From a virus, in the IMG/VR virus record IMGVR_UViG_3300022908_000001, positions 1 to 64,000 of that record: DNA of 64,000 bases. The stretch is one strand, 5' to 3'. The notes beneath the pieces are model-generated. The model saw nothing but the letters and a program-made list of their open reading frames with translations, was not told where the DNA came from and made no database searches. The position numbers were made by a program, and so were the translations under genes. This document shows, piece after piece, positions 61,038 through 64,000 of the stretch. Each line of letters begins with the position of its first letter. Position 1 is the first letter of the stretch.

Positions 61038-63820
61038 AAAAATTCTACCACTCCCTCTTCGCCAACAATAACCCAATCATCATATTGGCGATTGTAGCGA
61101 TCGTACCGCTCTGTGCTGTCATTAAGACACAGAACCGGATACATGAGCAGGATTTGTTAAGGATCGATTCGTTGGGTTCGATACACATCTCACCGCCCCA
61201 TATCGATACGTTGAGTTGGTTGAGCGGGGGAGGGGAGATAAAGAGATGAAAATAAAAATAAAAATAAATTACAGAAGGGATACGTATCATTTCTACACGT
61301 GGATATATAAAGGACAGCGCAATTTGGATGTATCGTTCCTTTTTAAAACTTATAAAGGTGTCTTGTCTGATGACTTTAAACGGATCGTATTAACAGAACC
61401 TATCATAATCGATGGGATTATGAATGATAAACCAAGGGTATTAAAACACTTGACAATTAATAAATGGGATGTTAAAGAGGTTGAACGGGAGTATTTAGGC
61501 ATTTAAACCCCCTACCATCCTGACACCCTAAAACGGTTCAGGAGTTGGCGGTAAAAAATAGTAAAGAGTTATGAGAAGTTTAGAGTATTTAATCCAATTA
61601 TTCCCAGATAAAACGGGTACGGAGCTAATGAAAATTCAGGCAGATGATAAAAAATTGGATGCCGAAGAGTTTGAAAACAGAAATAGGGCGAAGCTTGACC
61701 TGATCAATGACATTAATACCAATGGTGGTTTTTACAGAGGTCGCTTTGGCATGGATCAGCGGTTTTATTACTCTTTTAAAAACTTACAACTAATGAGTAC
61801 TGCCATTTATTGTGACGTTACCACATTAGTTACTTTTTATCAGGACAACGGCACTATTCATATAGAATACCGTGAAGAAACATTTAAGGCATTTGAAAAT
61901 TACGGTGTGGAAATATACGAGAAGATAACCAAGTCTGATTTTGATAAAGCCTACGAACTTTTGCAAGGGTTCAAAAATCAACTATGGAAAGATTAATTAA
62001 GGTTTTTTGGCGGTAAAGGAGAAAAAAGAAGATTATGGCAACAAGAGTAGATTTTTATGTAATGAGCCCGGATGGTGAATTGCAATTTATAGGGAATACC
62101 GTTAATGAGTATTACGGTGATTTTGAAAAAGCGACCAACGTTAAGGATTACCTTAAAAGTGTTCGTGAACTTTTAGCTATAAATAGTTCGATTGAGGGCA
62201 AGTGGTATTGGCCGTGGAAAACATCTAATATATCTGATGAGGTTTTTGTATTCAAACAAACTCCTACCTTTTTCAATAAGAACAAGGGCAAACTATTGTC
62301 TAAGGTTTATGTAAATGGTGAAGATAGGGACGAGAATTACCTATGGTTTGCCGATTACGATAAAAGGTATGATGAGAAATATATGGACAATGACGAACGG
62401 GGATGGTATAAAAAAGAGTTCGCAACCAAGATAAAACTTTTGAGATTTGATTAACCACCCCCACAAATCAACCAGGTGGTGGAAAAGTAAAATAAAGAGA
62501 AGAGAATATGGAAAACAACAAAGATATTGTTTACGGCCCCGGCGATAATGATTACGGCAGGCGAAGCAAACCGGCACTCCGGCCATTTAATGAAATGAAC
62601 TTTACGGAGTTTCAGGTACAATTAAGATGCTGTCTGATTATTAAAGACGGATTTGATAACGAGTGGATGCATGATTTTTATTCTGACTTCATCGAAGATT
62701 ATAGAGTTGGCAGATATGATACTGTTAAAGAATGGGCTGAATTTTTCTTTCAGGAAGTTACCCTTGACACGCATTCATATTGCCTAGTCACAAATATTTA
62801 ACCAACCCCCGCCCATTTGATAGGTGGTAAAAAATAAGAGTATGGAAAATAATCAAAATTCAATAATTAGTGGGAATCTAAAGGGCGTTGTATGGTATTG
62901 GAGTCCGTGTTATTCAAATTATTTTAAGGATACAATTGATAGTTACGATGAAGAGTTAGATATGTATTACTTGAAAAATGCAGGTGATTTCTTCCAGTAT
63001 AATCAACTGTTTAAAACAAAACGTGAAGCAGCACTTGATGCGTTCCCGCCCCTAACCCCCTCCCCCGGTAAACCACGATAATAAAAAGAGATAGTATGCC
63101 AACTAAAAAACAATTGAATCTTATGATGGAATCAGACTTAGAGTTCGGTTACCCAAATGACAGAGGGTCAGAACATACCCCAATAGGAGAACGCGCCCAA
63201 ACCGGTGTCCCCGAATGGCTTCGTCGCCAACGAGAAAGCCCGCAAGGTGAGGTTATAGGTAAAATAGTCCTCGATGAAGAAACCGGGGAAATGAGAATTA
63301 AACCTATAGACGACACTCGCCCCCATCCAAAGGGGAACACCTAAAAATTGAAATAGAATGAAAAATAGCGAATTAAACAAGCAGTTAGGTATTGGCCCCG
63401 GTGGAATTAACTGTGGTTGCTGTATTGATTATCCTAAAAAGCGTCAGAACCATAAAAAATTATATCGCAGGCTTAAGCGCAAGATTTTAAAAGTTTTGGC
63501 CCAAAAGGAAATTAAACACCCCCTATAACTCCAGGTAGTTAACAGGTAGAAAATTAAAAGGAGGAAAGATGAAAAATAGTATACCTAATCTTAAAGAAAA
63601 GATCGAGGAGAATTTGAAAGAGCTTCGATATGGTGACAATATTACCGAACTAGTGTGTGTGCTTCAAAACCCCTTAGGCGGTAAAATTCAGGTTCAATTA
63701 ACCCTGATAAAGGTTAACGAAGATGATGAGTTTCAGGAAGCAATAGATGAGCACCCAAATACGCCTATTTTAAAAATTAACGGCGGCAAGGTTTTAACCT
63801 CTAACCAACCACCTAATTAG
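61034..63820 (+). CDS. Array of small early hypothetical genes (61034, 61246, 61571, 62035, 62508, 62842, 63096, 63358-63528, 63569)
   Basis: Co-oriented ORFs separated by similar spacers. 63358-63528 is a manual call (GPGGINCGCC, basic). Confidence 0.6.
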
Positions 63821-64000
63821 ATGCGCACGTACAAAAGAAAATTGATCCTAACGGAAGCCCAAGAAAAAAGACTCAGGGCATGGATTGATACGTGCAGGTG
63901 CGTTTATAATTTAGCTTTAGAAGTCAGGATAGAGTCGTATAAGAAATGCCAAAGGTCGGTACATAGGTACGATCTTATAAACCAGTTGCCGGAATTGAGA
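63821..64000 (+). mobile_element. tnpB: TnpB (IS200/IS605 OrfB) RNA-guided endonuclease, N-terminal part
   Basis: Manual translation MRTYKRKLILTEAQEKRLRAWIDTCRCVYNLALEVRIESYKK...LINQLPELR matches the OrfB_IS605 HTH pattern; truncated by the window edge. Confidence 0.85.

Noticed and set aside
1-64000. Genome-wide TAG-to-Gln recoding as in some crAss-like phages
   Set aside because: Long core ORFs are intact under the standard code, many end in TAG next to the following start, and only one internal TAG was found
1-64000. CRISPR array, diversity-generating retroelement, integrase
   Set aside because: No regularly spaced repeats, reverse transcriptase motifs or recombinase motifs were recognised

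Overview
The whole window is bacteriophage DNA from a Bacteroidota-infecting podovirus. Its head and tail genes resemble the Crassvirales/Pachyviridae type, but it uses a lambda-like replication module (initiator, DnaB, Rad52-like annealing protein, YqaJ) and no virion RNA polymerase or DNA polymerase is visible. About 1-45.6 kb is a minus-strand late region. In transcription order it holds a glycosyl/methyltransferase cluster, a tandem GroES-like gene, terL, portal, scaffold, major capsid protein, ring proteins, a split muzzle protein, ejection proteins, hub proteins, a signal-peptide-bearing SGNH tail fibre and small membrane/holin-like genes. It is interrupted by several homing endonucleases, two of them broken, and a plus-strand GHKL ATPase moron. 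About 45.8-51 kb and 60.5-64 kb are plus-strand small early genes, and 51-60.4 kb is the minus-strand replication/recombination arm. A TnpB gene begins at the right edge. The most unusual signals are: a covarying kissing-loop leader RNA in front of two paralogous HNH genes; two tRNA-shaped RNAs whose anticodon arms are replaced by large inserts; a duplicated small RNA; an A9 frameshift splitting the largest ejection protein; Sec signal peptides on tail-fibre-type proteins; and a circularly permuted GHKL domain. All protein calls come from motif recognition and gene context, not database searches.
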